From the NCBI GenBank assembly GCA_904063045.1, contig CAJFCJ010000030.1, forward strand, positions 380,063 through 444,062: a DNA stretch of 64,000 bases, in the 5' to 3' direction. A program made the translations under genes and the position numbers. Positions within the stretch are counted from its first letter, which is position 1. Each line of letters opens with the position of its first letter. Under the pieces are notes generated by a model. It saw only the letters and a list, made by a program, of their open reading frames with translations, had not been told where the DNA came from and did not search any database. The stretch is from Dimorphilus gyrociliatus (taxonomy: Eukaryota; Animalia; Annelida). Shown here in pieces: positions 50,901 to 63,475 of this stretch.

Positions 50901-53900
50901 TAAGAAAGTTGGTAAGAGAATAAAAGAATATTTTTCTCGACATGGGCGTCGTTAAAAACGCCATATTCACCATCTCGGCATGATGTCGGAAATTCTAAGC
51001 GCGTCATCTCTCTTAACAATAAACGTGACGACCGCTTTATGCCCAAAATTTGCCCGTATTGTACGAAAAATTGTGACAGTTTGTCGGCCCTATGACGCCC
51101 CTTACAAGAGCGTCTATACTCCCCTTCGATTTCCCTATAAATTCATTAAGTTTGTTCAATCAACGGCGGGCTTTACCAGACTCGGCAGGTGCCCGATTAG
51201 TTGCGTGCAAAGACATCAAAGCTGAAAGAGAGGAATGTGACGTAATTCCTTTCTTACGGGATGTCAGCTTCCCACTTTTGTTCCGCTTAATTCTATTACG
51301 CAACCAGGGGGACGTGTGTCATACTAACATTGTTCTTCAAGTTCAACTCCAATTTTTCTGTCTATCCGGTTTAAAGCCATCCCAGCTTAGGCGAATGGAG
51401 CAACTTAGGTGGCATCCATAATTACGGTCATTACTCTTAATCTGACTCGAAGGCTTCATTACCTTAAGAAACGAACACGTGCCGGACGAGAGATAATGTT
51501 GAGTTTGGTGGTTTAAATAAGCTAATTTTTTGTCACAGCTTGGATATAAAGTAACTAAAAATGTCCATATTCGTTAATAAGGGAAAGAATATACTAATAT
51601 ATCAAGTAAACTAAACTGGGTACCTTTATAGAATTGATTTATCTCAATTACTTGCTAAATACTCTAAATTGCCAAATAGAACGGAAGAATAACTTATTAT
51701 AGTAAAATGGAAAATTTATTTCACTAAAAATGTTAACGCTTTTAGTTACATAACAACTATAGTTAATTACGTAACACCGGTAATACATAGTTTTTAACGA
51801 TTGACGATTAGGAAATGGTATTATGTTAAAAATGGATAGTTAATGTACGTAGGTGTGCACGTTGTTTGTATGTACGTGTATCGTATATACTATCACAAAA
51901 TAGACGCTTATTATACCTATTTGTATGTGTATACTATATCTTTCCTCTATTTCTTTTCTTTCTTTTCTTTCTTTATTACTTTTGTTTATATTCACTGAAA
52001 TGGAAGGGGAACAAATAGAAGGAAAATAGGGAAAAAAAAGCAGAGTATATCCACTAAATCTCGATTCAGCTGTCTACTTAGAAAGCTCAAGAGCCATAGC
52101 AATCAAGTGCTTACGAATATTGCCTTAAAGAACCAATGTATGCTTATAAACAAAGAAGTATAGGTTCTGCAAATAGCATGTAAACTATTTTATGTGCATA
52201 TATTAGTGTATATTAGTAAACATTATATGTAAACAAATATATATATGCATATATATATATTTGTTTACATTTAGTGTTTACTTTCAACTAATTATATGAA
52301 TTAGTACTATTTACATAGAAGTAATAATTTGTTTATCTAGCGAATAAGTAAATAACATTTTACAAGGAGTAGAAACGTATTTAAATATTTATTTAAATTA
52401 AGCAAATTCTCAATAAGTCATCCATTAATTTGTGTTTGTTTGTATTTTATTTATTTTTTCCCCCCATTCTATCATTATTTAATAACAATTTTAAATATTA
52501 CTCCTTCCTTATTCCCTTCTCTTGCTGTTTCTAATCTTCACTATTTTCTTTCTTCATTTCTCCCTTTCCTTCCCAGACACATACACATGCACATACGCAC
52601 CATTCTTTTTTTGTTTATAAATACCTTTTCTATGAAATATAATAACATAATAACCCAATATCAGAGATAAAATTTTTCTTACCTGAGAGGTTAGCGGTTT
52701 AGATCTAAAAGAAAAATTATTAAAACTCATCAGTTTTATCTTTTAATTATTTACAATTAAAAGGAAATTTATATAAATTTATACATCATAGATTGCATAA
52801 ATAGATATATATATATATATGCCTAATGTACAGTACACTGTGTACTATACGTAAGCTTATTATATCGATACATAAGGTACATGTTTTTTTAAATGAGAAA
52901 AAACATTACTATAAGTATATATAGTAAGAGGAGAGTATCGGGTTATTATAGTGAATTTATATGGTAATTTAGCTTTTACGTGACTGTCCCATTCATTTCG
53001 TTCACCGCCCAGTATTGGTATAAATGCGAAAATGTCATGAGCGTCTAGTCGATTGTTTTATCTATAATATATGACGTTTCTAGTAATTTCTTGTGCCGAT
53101 GACTTTTTTTATATAATATATTGTATATATATATATATATATTTATAAATATATATTTTTTACCCTAACAGACAGCGTAGTCGTTCGATTGTCAATTCGA
53201 TTACAGGAGAAGGATTTCGTGTCTACGAATTTTACTTTCTACGATTGTTCTGTACATAATTCGTGAGTAGTCTAATTTAATTTATCTTTTAAATAAGTAG
53301 TTGAATTTCTTTATTCTTGTCTTTTATTGTAAAAGAGGAAAGTTAGAGGAAGTTTAGTTTTATAGTTTTATTTAATGAAATATCCTCTTCCTTTCACTTT
53401 CTATCTTTGTTCTTTAAAGATTTATCTTAGATTATGTAGTAGTCTTATTTTCGGCGGGAAGTTAGATTTATGATAAAATTAGCGACTCCTTCCGATAAAG
53501 GAAATTCTAGAAATTGCCCTAGGATTTACCTTCCCTAAGGGATTAGGAATAGAAAATGTTTTTTAGTTTTCTTTCTTGATCAATTCCACTTCTTACATTC
53601 TCCTTCTGTAAACAGATGCACTCAATGTACCACTAGTAGCCATCCGTGTACTTGGTGCGTTAAACAGCATACTTGTACTGGCAGAAGTGAAATTTGTGGT
53701 AGAAATGCTGTTCTTGTTACTGGAAAAGCGGTAAGAAACCATACAATTATTTATTATCATTGATATTTAAAGCCCTTTCATATTTTAAATATAGCTTTTA
53801 AAGTCTACAATTTTAATGTTTTCTTTTTCCTCTTTTTTCTCCAATTATAATCTTTAGATACCCAACTCCGATAGAGAAGGACCAGCAAATTGTCCGAGTT

Positions 53901-56900
53901 TTAAATATACAGGCTCATTAACAAATGGTAATATAATGATAGCGTCTACCCAACAAATCAGAATTGAAGTTGAAGCAAATAAATTATTGGTAAGTTCTAT
54001 AAATAAAATTAAATACAAATATCTAAAACGATGATTTATTATTAATTTTTTTATTTTACCCCTACTAAAACCTTCTACTTAGGATTTTCAAACGGATTTG
54101 CGTTGTGTTTTTATGGAAGAAGGGAGAAATGAGTATTTAAAAGCTCGTAGAAAAGGCAATAAAATCGAATGCGATACCAAAAGAGTATGTATTGCACATT
54201 TAATATATCTATATATACCATGTATTTACAGTATATAAAAATACTCATGTATCAAACGTAGATTGTACTTAAAAATTCTAAGAAGATTTACTGTTTATAG
54301 TAGTTTTAATGTCTGTTACGCAAGAGATTAGGTAACGCTTTGGCGATTGTGTTCGGTTGACTTATCTCTTCGTAAATAACTATTTACTAAGTTAAGTAGA
54401 AAGAAATTGATAAATTCTAACAAAAATACAAAAAATACAAAGACAAAAATCAATAGCAATCATCTTAAAAGAATGTAATATAAACAAGTGTATATTAAAA
54501 AGAATACAGCTTTGCAGTCTCTTGAAATATGAATACATAGCTTAAAGATTAGAACAAGTTGCGTGATGCTCTACTTTTCGCTTTTACAGTTTATATATAG
54601 ACAAACTTTCATAGTTATATAGTTTCTTTTATCTTTTTACCTATAATATCTCTTTCTCCTATTTATTAGTTCTCGTATAAAGAAGTCGTAGCCGAAATGC
54701 ACATTCCTTTCAAAATTGTTTGGGGAAGGGATAAATATCCTATCGACAATCCACAAAATATACAAGGTTAGCATACAAAGATTCTTATCTTTGAGTTATT
54801 AAGCTCCTATATATGAAATTGTTTTCATTCATCAAGTCAATAAATTTCTATCGTATTTTAAATAAATAAATTTTTCAACTTGCTCCTTTTCTCCTACAGT
54901 AACAATATACAAATGTTCATTGTCGGTAAATTGTGGTGAATGTCTCGCTCTATCTTTACAAAACAAATTATGTGGTTGGTGCGTAAGAGAGAAACGTTGT
55001 TCAACTAAAACAAAATGTTCAGAAGGGAGAGGAGAGTTTTTAAACAGCGAACAAACTTGCGACAATCCTAAGGTAAATATAAAAAAATTTGATATATTCG
55101 ATTGTCACTAGATAGTATCCTATTTCGTAAAGTATTAACCTTCGCTAAAGATTATCCTACCGCTTTACTCAATATTTTTCCCCTATACTATCCGTCTTCC
55201 TTTTCATTTTCTATTTATCTCCTTCTGATTTTCTTTCCAACGTCTATCTTAATTTCTATTTATATACTTATAGACTATTAATAATTTTATTCATCTCTTT
55301 TATAGATATTAGACTTTGAGCCAAAATACGGCCCGTTTGGAGGAGATACCAGTATTGTTATAACTGGTATGAATTTGGGTAAAAGCATTGATGAAATAGA
55401 AGTGTTCGTTGCTGGTAAAAGATGCAATGTGATCGATTACAAAAGACCCAGTACGATTACTTGTAAAAATGCTCCTTCAGTTAAGGATAACGAAAGTGGA
55501 CCAGTATTGGTAAAAGTAGCCGGAAAATACAAGGCAAAATCAAAAAATCCCTTCACGTACGTGGTAAGTATTAGCTCCTTTTTTACACTCTTGTAAATAA
55601 CAGAGGTGAAAGGGAAATGAAAAAAAAATTAAAAGTGGAAAGAGAAAAGGGCGGTAGGTAGGAGGGTAGTGGGTGGGTAGATAGGTTGGTTGGTGTGAAA
55701 AAAATTAGGTGTTAAGATATTGACTACTTTATTAGTTACTAACTGTGTTTTTTTCCTAGACACCTACTGTGAATAAAGTGGAACCATCGATTGGGCCTCG
55801 CTCAGGTGGTACGAAAGTAAAAATCTCTGGAGAATACTTAAATATCGGAACAAAGAAGACTGTGAAAATTGGTGATCGTCTTTGCGAAATAATCAGGTAA
55901 GGATCAAACGAATATTTGTTCATTTGTTTACGTGTTTTTACTTAATTCTCTTAAAAGAACCTACAATCCTAAACGTTTTTATGTAAATTAAGCTAGTATA
56001 TTAGATTTATAGGCTTTATTTCTCTTTCTTTATTTTGTTAAGATTGTATTAGATTGCAGTGAAGAGAGAAATTGAAGGAAATTTCAAGGGAAAGCTTTTT
56101 TTTTTAATGTAAAGATCCGAGCGGGGGGAAAGCGGGACAAAATAGACAGGGATTAGGGGAGTTGGATAAGACTCTAGAAGGGTTAAGATAGAGCGAATGA
56201 GAGAGGGGCGTTAGCGTGTTACCAGGATAAAAGAAAAACTATACATTCGCACTGTTTAATTTCTAATGCATTTACTAATGAAAAGTGTCGGAAATTTCAT
56301 ATTATCTTCTTATCCGAGTCTAAAGAGATTTGACTGTGAAAATGCTAACATCTTATTTTTTTCTCTTAATATAATTTAAGGAGTACCTCAACGGAAATGG
56401 TCATCAAAACTGCATCTAGCTCATTCAATGGAACAATACCAACTGAAGGATATCCGCAACGAATAATCGTATCATGGGATTTAAGCTTTAGCGAAGATTT
56501 CGAGTTTAAATACGTAGAGGACCCTACTGTCACTCGAGTATACCCAACAAAGACAATAATGAGGTATATATTACGATAATTGTTATAGATAATATTTTAC
56601 ACGCATCTTTTCGAAGAAAGATCTCATTTTTACGTTTAAATTAACAGTGGCGGCTTCAACATTAATGTGATTGGGAGCAATTTTGATATTATACAAAATC
56701 CACACTTCATCATGATGCTTCATGGCTATAAAGTACAAGCTGTAAGTTATAAGTATTTCAACCATACTTTACTTAAAAATATAATTAGGCAACATTTTCC
56801 ATCTATTTTATCTTTGACTATGTTGTCGCCTTATCTTTCCCTCTCTCTCTCTTTTATTCGATTTTCTAACTATTTCAAATATTTTTTTTTTCTTTCAGCC

Positions 56901-59900
56901 CTGTCCAAAGAAGAATCAAACGGCGATGACATGCATCATTCCCTCTGTAGTGGCTTTACGAAGTCATATGCGAAAAATAAATTATATGGTATTTACCAAT
57001 ATTGAGGCATTTTTATAGAAAATATCACGTGACCTTTTCCCTAACTATTTATAGATTAATGTAGGAGACAGACTGTTTCCATATATATATATTAGTTTTT
57101 AAACATCCAAATACTATCTTTATCTGAGATTTCCTCTTCTTTTTATGTCATTTTCATATCATTTATATGACATGTGGCTAGTATAACATTTTATGAATAA
57201 TCGAAAGCGTCTTCACTCATAAATTGTCGTTTTAAGCAGACAAGTAAGGAAGGAGTTGAGAGGAAATTGGAATAATGTCACGTGATGTTTTCCCTATGTA
57301 TCCCTAACCCAAAAAGGGAATATTAAAAAAAATAGTAGATTTATATCGATTCATTGTGTTTACGTAGCACGTCGAAGAGCTAGCCTATGGTTTTAAGTTG
57401 GCAAATGTGAAATCCGTTGAGAATCTGACAAAATACGACAATTCGAAATTTTTAGTCTACGAAGATCCAACATTCGATCTATTTGAGAATTTTGAGAAGG
57501 TCTACGATGGTAAAAAAGAATTAGCGATCGAGGTTAATAAAAGTTTTATTTAATTATTATCATTATTATTACTTTATAGAGTAATACTAATAGTAATAAC
57601 AGTATATTTTTCGTTATTTCTCTCTTAACTGAAATTAAATACTGTGGTAAGAAATCCGAACTCTTAAATCAAATCAATTTATTTTATAGGGAGAACGAAT
57701 CAACTTGGTACTAGATCAATCCAACTACGAAGTACTGGTTGGCGAAACCAACTGTACAATTACAAAAATTAGTAGTAAGCGTATAGAGTGCATTCTAAAT
57801 CGTATACCAAGCTCCAGGCACCCGAAACTTCTGGTAACTGTAAGTATATTATGATAACTTTCTGTTCGTATTATGCATATGAAATAAGGCAACGCTTGTA
57901 CCCTACTAATAAGATTAATGAGTAAAAGAATCACACGCTTAAAGAGGTTGATTCTCATCTTAATCTATAACCTGATAAATGAGAAAATAATTGTCATGCC
58001 TTTACCATATAAAGTCATATGAAACAGCCAGTTTTCGACCTCTTTCTCTCTCTCCCTCTCTCTCTTTCTCCCCTCCTTTTGCCTTTCCAACTCTCACCTT
58101 TTTCAGTTCCTTTTACTCTTTTACTTTTAATGTAAATCGTTAAAATGGGTTAATTATCAAACAAGTCATTTCTATAGGGGGTAAATGAGAAGATTAATAA
58201 GAATAAAAATTAATAGGTATATATAAAATGAATAGCTCTCTCATACATTTAATTCTTGTTAAAACACGACTAATTGGTCTTAACTACCGTTTGTCGATAG
58301 AAGCCCGTGGCGAGAACGATTAGGTGACGTCGATTTGCGTGTCTACCCCCTGCAAGGTTTCCACCCCAAAACTCTTTTTATTTCTATGACGAAGCGTCAA
58401 ATTCGTACGTGTTTATTACGTACTCGTTCCGACGTTTGCGAATCGTCGCGGGCGATTATTATACCCCGTCTGAACAAAGCGCTGCAGCCCCAGGGTAGGC
58501 AACATCAATCAGCCGATCGAAATCTTTGCAGTTCGCCAACTGCAGCACGCAATTATTAGTCATATCCTCAGCACAGGCGATGCAGACCAGTCACTACGAT
58601 TGATTCATATCTGTTTTGTTTTTCTCGCACGCTCCTTTTTTTTACCCCTCTTTTCTTTTACCCCTCTTTTCTTTTATTGCTTATACATCTTTCCTCTCTC
58701 TCTCTCTCTCACTTTTTTATATTTCCTTTACTTCTCTTTATCAATGATATTAACATTTTCTTATCCATAAAGGTTGGGGGGAATATTTACTCTCTTATAT
58801 ATTTTAATCATTTATGTAAATAGATAATTTCATTGAATGTATTAACTTTTTTATTTATATTCTGTTTCTTATTCTAGGTTCATCTCAAGAATTATCAAGC
58901 AAATAGAACCGAAATAGGTTACTTATTATATAAACCCTATGAGCAGGGTTTTATCTTATCGCTACCAGCTATCGTGGGAATTGCTCTAGCATGTTTGTTC
59001 GTTTTATTCATCTTTTGCTTTATCATCTTCTTTTACCTGAGAACAAAAGCGGAGAAGAGCAGGGCTGTAAGGAAAATTCAAATGCAAATGGACCATTTGG
59101 AAGCCAGAGTGGCTATGGAATGTAAAGAAGGTTAATTTCCCTTTACTATACAGTATTATATTGTTAATAGTAGGATGGTTTAATAATAAATGATGTATTA
59201 TGATAGAATGCTAAATTAAGTACCAAATAACAAGCTATTTTCGTATTTATTTTAATAGCTTTCGCTGAATTACAAACGGAACTACCCCAACTGGTTCCGG
59301 ATCACAGCTATTCTCAAATGCCGTTACGGACCTATCACTCTTTTTGTATGAAGATGCTCTTTCCTAATGGCGAACCGAGGTCTTTCAACAATGTGGCAAT
59401 AGATGTTAGTACAAGAAAATTGACTATATAATGAGATATTTTCTCGTTAACTTCCTAGTCGTCTAATGTAAACCTTTTTCCGAGATCTTTGCTAACGATT
59501 CTTTTTCTATCCTTTTTAGCTTCCAAGAGAACAATATTTTATATTGGCTGGCGTTCTTAAAAGATTTGAATCTCTACTACGTAACAAGACGTTTCTTTTA
59601 ACGTTTATCCGTACTTTGGAAGCTCAACAATCGTTTACAGTCAGAGAAAGGGTTAAAGTTGCTTCTCTTCTATCGATAGTACTACAATCGAAAATGGTTT
59701 ATTACACCGAGTAAGTATTATTTTCCTAGCTGGTGTTCCGAGTAATAAAAAACAGGTTACATAATCAGATGGGTCTAACGAAAAGAGGGTTATAAAAGAG
59801 GGAAGAAAAAATTCTTAAGCCTTTTTTATTAGTTGGCTTTGAGCTATTGAGCTAGTGCTATTACTTCACAGGGATTTTCCACCCCTTATGTTACTCCCCC

Positions 59901-61970
59901 TGAGAGAAATTTCTATTAAACTTTGTTTATTAAACGTTAGTAGTTATGCTACCTCGAGCACTCTACAACTATTTAAAAGTAGAACTAAAATAGAGAGTGA
60001 TATGATTATTACTTCAAGGATGCTTGGCTATCTAAAGCGGCATAATTATATCCCAGCAAGGATAGTTTTGTAATTAAATCTATTTAAATCATCTGCAAAA
60101 TTAGTTATAGAGTCCGTTTAAATCAATACAGTAGTAAATGGTGTTACTAAAATTTCTATAAGTTTTACACGTATAAATTATATATAAAACAATAACAACA
60201 ATAATAATAGTAATAACAATGAAACGATATGAAAATCTATAAGGAAATCATGAGTAGAAGAATTATCTCATCAATCTCTCCAACATTTACGCATGCACAT
60301 CATATTTTTTTCCTTTTTAATTTTCATGATAAATTGCCTTAATATATTTTCAAGTAGCACACGCCCCTTTTCCCTTTCAGCTCTTATATACATTTAATAT
60401 GTAATTTATGAGTTTTTAACTCTCCTCTCTCGCAAATTCTTATATTTTCTTCTCTTTTTCAGTATTGTTAAAACTCTGCTAAGTGATTTAATTGAGAGAA
60501 CTCTGAGTGATCCAAGAAATCATGCAAAACTACTATTACGAAGGTTTGTTATAGCCGTTTTCTAGAATGATATACAGTATATGTACAAGTATAGATATAT
60601 ATATATTTATATATATATACTGCAGAACTGAATCCGTTGCCGAAAAACTGCTCGTTAACTGGTTTACATTCTTATTATACAAGCATTTAAAAGAAGTTGT
60701 TGGGGAACCGCTTTTCCTCCTGTTCAAAGCAATAAAATGGAGAATAGAGAAGGGTCCCGTAGACGCCGTCACGAGCGAAGCAAGATATTCATTAAGCGAC
60801 GATAAATTATTAAGGCAAAGCGTTGATTTCAAAAGCTTGGTAAGACTTCTTAAAATATTCTGGTCACGCCACTCCTCGTTTCTTTCCATATTTATTTAAA
60901 GTCATTTCGTTAAATTATCTAATATCGCATATTTAACGATTTTCTTTGTTATTTTCTCTGTATAGACTATATTTGTTCTGGAAGCAGAAGCCCCCGTTCC
61001 AGGATGCAATCATCTACAAGTCAAAGTTTTGGACTGTGATACAATATCGCAAACAAAGGCGAAAATCTTGGATTCAATATACAAGAACACACCATACTCG
61101 GACAGACCAAAACCTAATGAATTGGATTTAGGTATTTATATTTTAATGTTTCACTTACTAACGCTTTGTTTTGTCTGGCTAATCCGCTTTTCATTTATAA
61201 CACGGATTTAATTATTAACTTGCTAGATTAATAATCTATTTTTCATATAGTTATTAAATAGATTCTATAAGCTATATACAGTATATATACAGTATATATA
61301 TATATATATATATTCTAATTGATCATATTAAATATAACTTAAAAACTAGTAAGACTTCCTTATCGTTTGCTTATTTTTTTTTTCTCGTTTGCCAAAGTAA
61401 TGAAAAAAAAAATACCACTGACTTTCGTATTTCGTTAAACAGTATTTTTCTTATCGAATTGACCTTTTTACGTCTACGTAGTTTTATTTTTATTTCCAAA
61501 ATTTTGCCACCTTTTTTTTATTTGATAAAGGAAGTAAAAACAAATTAAAGCAAACTAAAAGTTGGAAGTTTTTTCCCTATAAATCTATATTATTTAATAT
61601 GAACAAAAAATGAAATGGTAAATATTGTATATACAGAGTATATATAAATATATACATATCTTTTAATCAATTATTAGAAATTATCTGAACACTTGGTATT
61701 TTATGCACATGTTTTTTTTTTTCAAGACAAGCTATAGATATAATAAACTCTTAACTGTTAAAGGAACTATATATATATATATATATATACTATATATACA
61801 GTGTATATATATATATATATATTTATATACAACAAACTTAGATTTTCGCTTATTTCCGCTAAATTTTAGAATGCAAATAGAATAGATAAAAATCCGATAC
61901 AAAGACTGTGGTGGCCCTATCGAAATTCGTTAATTTATTTTTTGATATATTTAACGCGATTTTATCACGA

Positions 61971-62010
<40 letters not shown>

Positions 62011-63475
62011 GGAAAAAAAAGAGACAAAGAAGAAAAGAAAAACAATCATAATAACAATAATAAAAAGACTTCTATACAAAACAATTTATAGATTTCTTAT
62101 AATATTTGTTTTACACCTTTTTTTATTATTTTTGTTTTTTTTTTTACCCTTTTAATATTAAAAAATAATGGAATATTTCTCCTTGTCAACCTCTTTGGAA
62201 ATCCCTTTCTTTCCTTTTTCATTTTAACTATATAAAATGAATATTTCTTTTTTGGTATTATTTTAACTAATTAATTAATTTATTAATTAATTTTTTATTA
62301 AAAAAAAAAACTACAATGGTTTTATTTTTAATATGTAAAGTAGATATGAAAAAAAAATTACAATATAAATTAAAAACAAAAATGAACAGAGTTTTTGTTC
62401 TTTTTCTTTGTTTTTTTTTCGTGTTTTCAATTATCAAGACGAAAAAAAAAACGAAATAACGCCACTTCACTGTCTTTGTGTCATTGCAGTAATGCTCAGT
62501 ATTGACCCAAATATGCCGAAATCAGAGTGGAGAACTGGAATTCACGGTAGACTATTGTTGGCGGATGAAGATAAATCTTCCTTATTGGATGGCGGCTATA
62601 GGAAATTAAATACGCTGGCTCATTATCAGGTAAGTCGGTTGGATTGAATTCTTTTACATTTGTGCCCGGATTGGTTGTTTATTGCTTTTACGTCCACGAA
62701 AAGGTAAACGATGGTGCTGTAATGGCTCTAATGCCTAAACAATCTTCTACATATAATCTATCTCAAACGTCCGATAAATCAGGTTCTTCTCATAGAACTT
62801 ACGGTAAGTTTATCCTCTTGTTTTCTTATTCGTTTATCCAGATAAAGACTAAAAAATCTTAATGGAATCGTCTATAATTTATTAAGAGTTCTTCTCTCTT
62901 CATTTTCCAGAGGTTATCTCATCGTCGCCGTCTTTTGCCCGTTCATTATCACCCACAGATACATTGGAACATCCAAGCCATAATAAAACTTATCATCTTG
63001 TCCATCCGAATGGCACTGGACGCGCGAGATTACAAGCCGATAAAGGCAAAATGGTTTCAGAAGTCTACTTAACAAGACTTTTAGCCACAAAGAAAACTCT
63101 ACAACAGTACATGGACGATTTATTTGAGGCATTGTTCTCAACCTCTCATAGAGGAGAAGTAATGCCTTTGGCTATAAAATATATGTTCGATTTTCTCGAC
63201 GATCAAGCCATTCAACATGCTATTAGAGATCCCGATGTCGTCCATACCTGGAAAAGTAATAGTTTACCACTGAGATTTTGGGTAACGATCGTCAAAAATC
63301 CTGATTTTATATTTGATGTCTTCAAATCGAATACTACCGATTCTTGCCTAAGCGTTGTAGCTCAAACGTTTATGGAAAGTTGTTCAATGAGTGAGCAAAA
63401 ATTGGGTAAAGATTCTCCTGCTACGAAACTGCTATACGCTAAAGAAATACCGAAATATAAGAAATGGGTTGTTAA
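29978..63475 (+). CDS. PlexA: Plexin-A-class semaphorin receptor (3' end beyond the window)
   Basis: Exons 29978-31255, 32028-32159, 45653-45883, 46665-46842, 53172-53262, 53616-53730, 53858-53989, 54083-54184, 54670-54766, 54900-55072, 55306-55563, 55760-55896, 56381-56563, 56648-56741, 56899-56988, 57368-57532, 57690-57839, 58878-59130 (TM), 59259-59404, 59520-59711, 60463-60543, 60626-60839, 60966-61131, 62490 or 62526-62629, 62704-62802, 62911-63475 join with consistent phases. Plexin-A motifs [84 protein letters not shown] (GAP arginines present). No stop is reached. Confidence 0.93.
37056..38708 (-). mobile_element. Full-length Tc1-family (DD34E) DNA transposon, 1653 bp, in plexin intron 2
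   Basis: Imperfect TIRs CAGCCGCGGTCA(T/A)AAAT(A/G)T(C/T)TATACATGAAAAAAAA at both ends. TA target duplication at 37054-37055 and 38709-38710. Internal transposase on the minus strand. Confidence 0.95.
37374..38366 (-). pseudogene. Tc1 transposase (330 codons) interrupted by one in-frame TGA
   Basis: ORFs 37998-38366 (HTH, GRP motif) and 37374-37949 ([28 protein letters not shown]; 34 residues between the second D and E) are in the same frame. They are separated only by TGA at 37998-38000 and 16 open codons. Confidence 0.92.
39351..39370. repeat. (AG)10 microsatellite
   Basis: Read directly. Confidence 0.9.
40428..40440 (+). promoter_or_regulatory. Perfect DR1 nuclear-receptor element (AGGTCA-A-AGGTCA) in a plexin intronic CpG-rich patch
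   Basis: Exact consensus match, overlapped by CGTCA and 40 nt from an E-box (CACGTG at 40384-40389). Function not shown. Confidence 0.4.
61973..62000. repeat. (AG)14 microsatellite
   Basis: Read directly. Confidence 0.9.

Noticed and set aside
50567-51421. Cluster of 69-109-aa ORFs on both strands in plexin intron 4
   Set aside because: Overlapping, mutually inconsistent frames with no motif or splice-consistent model; explained by locally higher GC.
59116-59130. 15-nt exact match to the 5' end of miR-1 (TGGAATGTAAAGAAG)
   Set aside because: It is the coding sequence of the conserved plexin MECKE motif at an exon end. I see no hairpin and the match stops at 15 nt.
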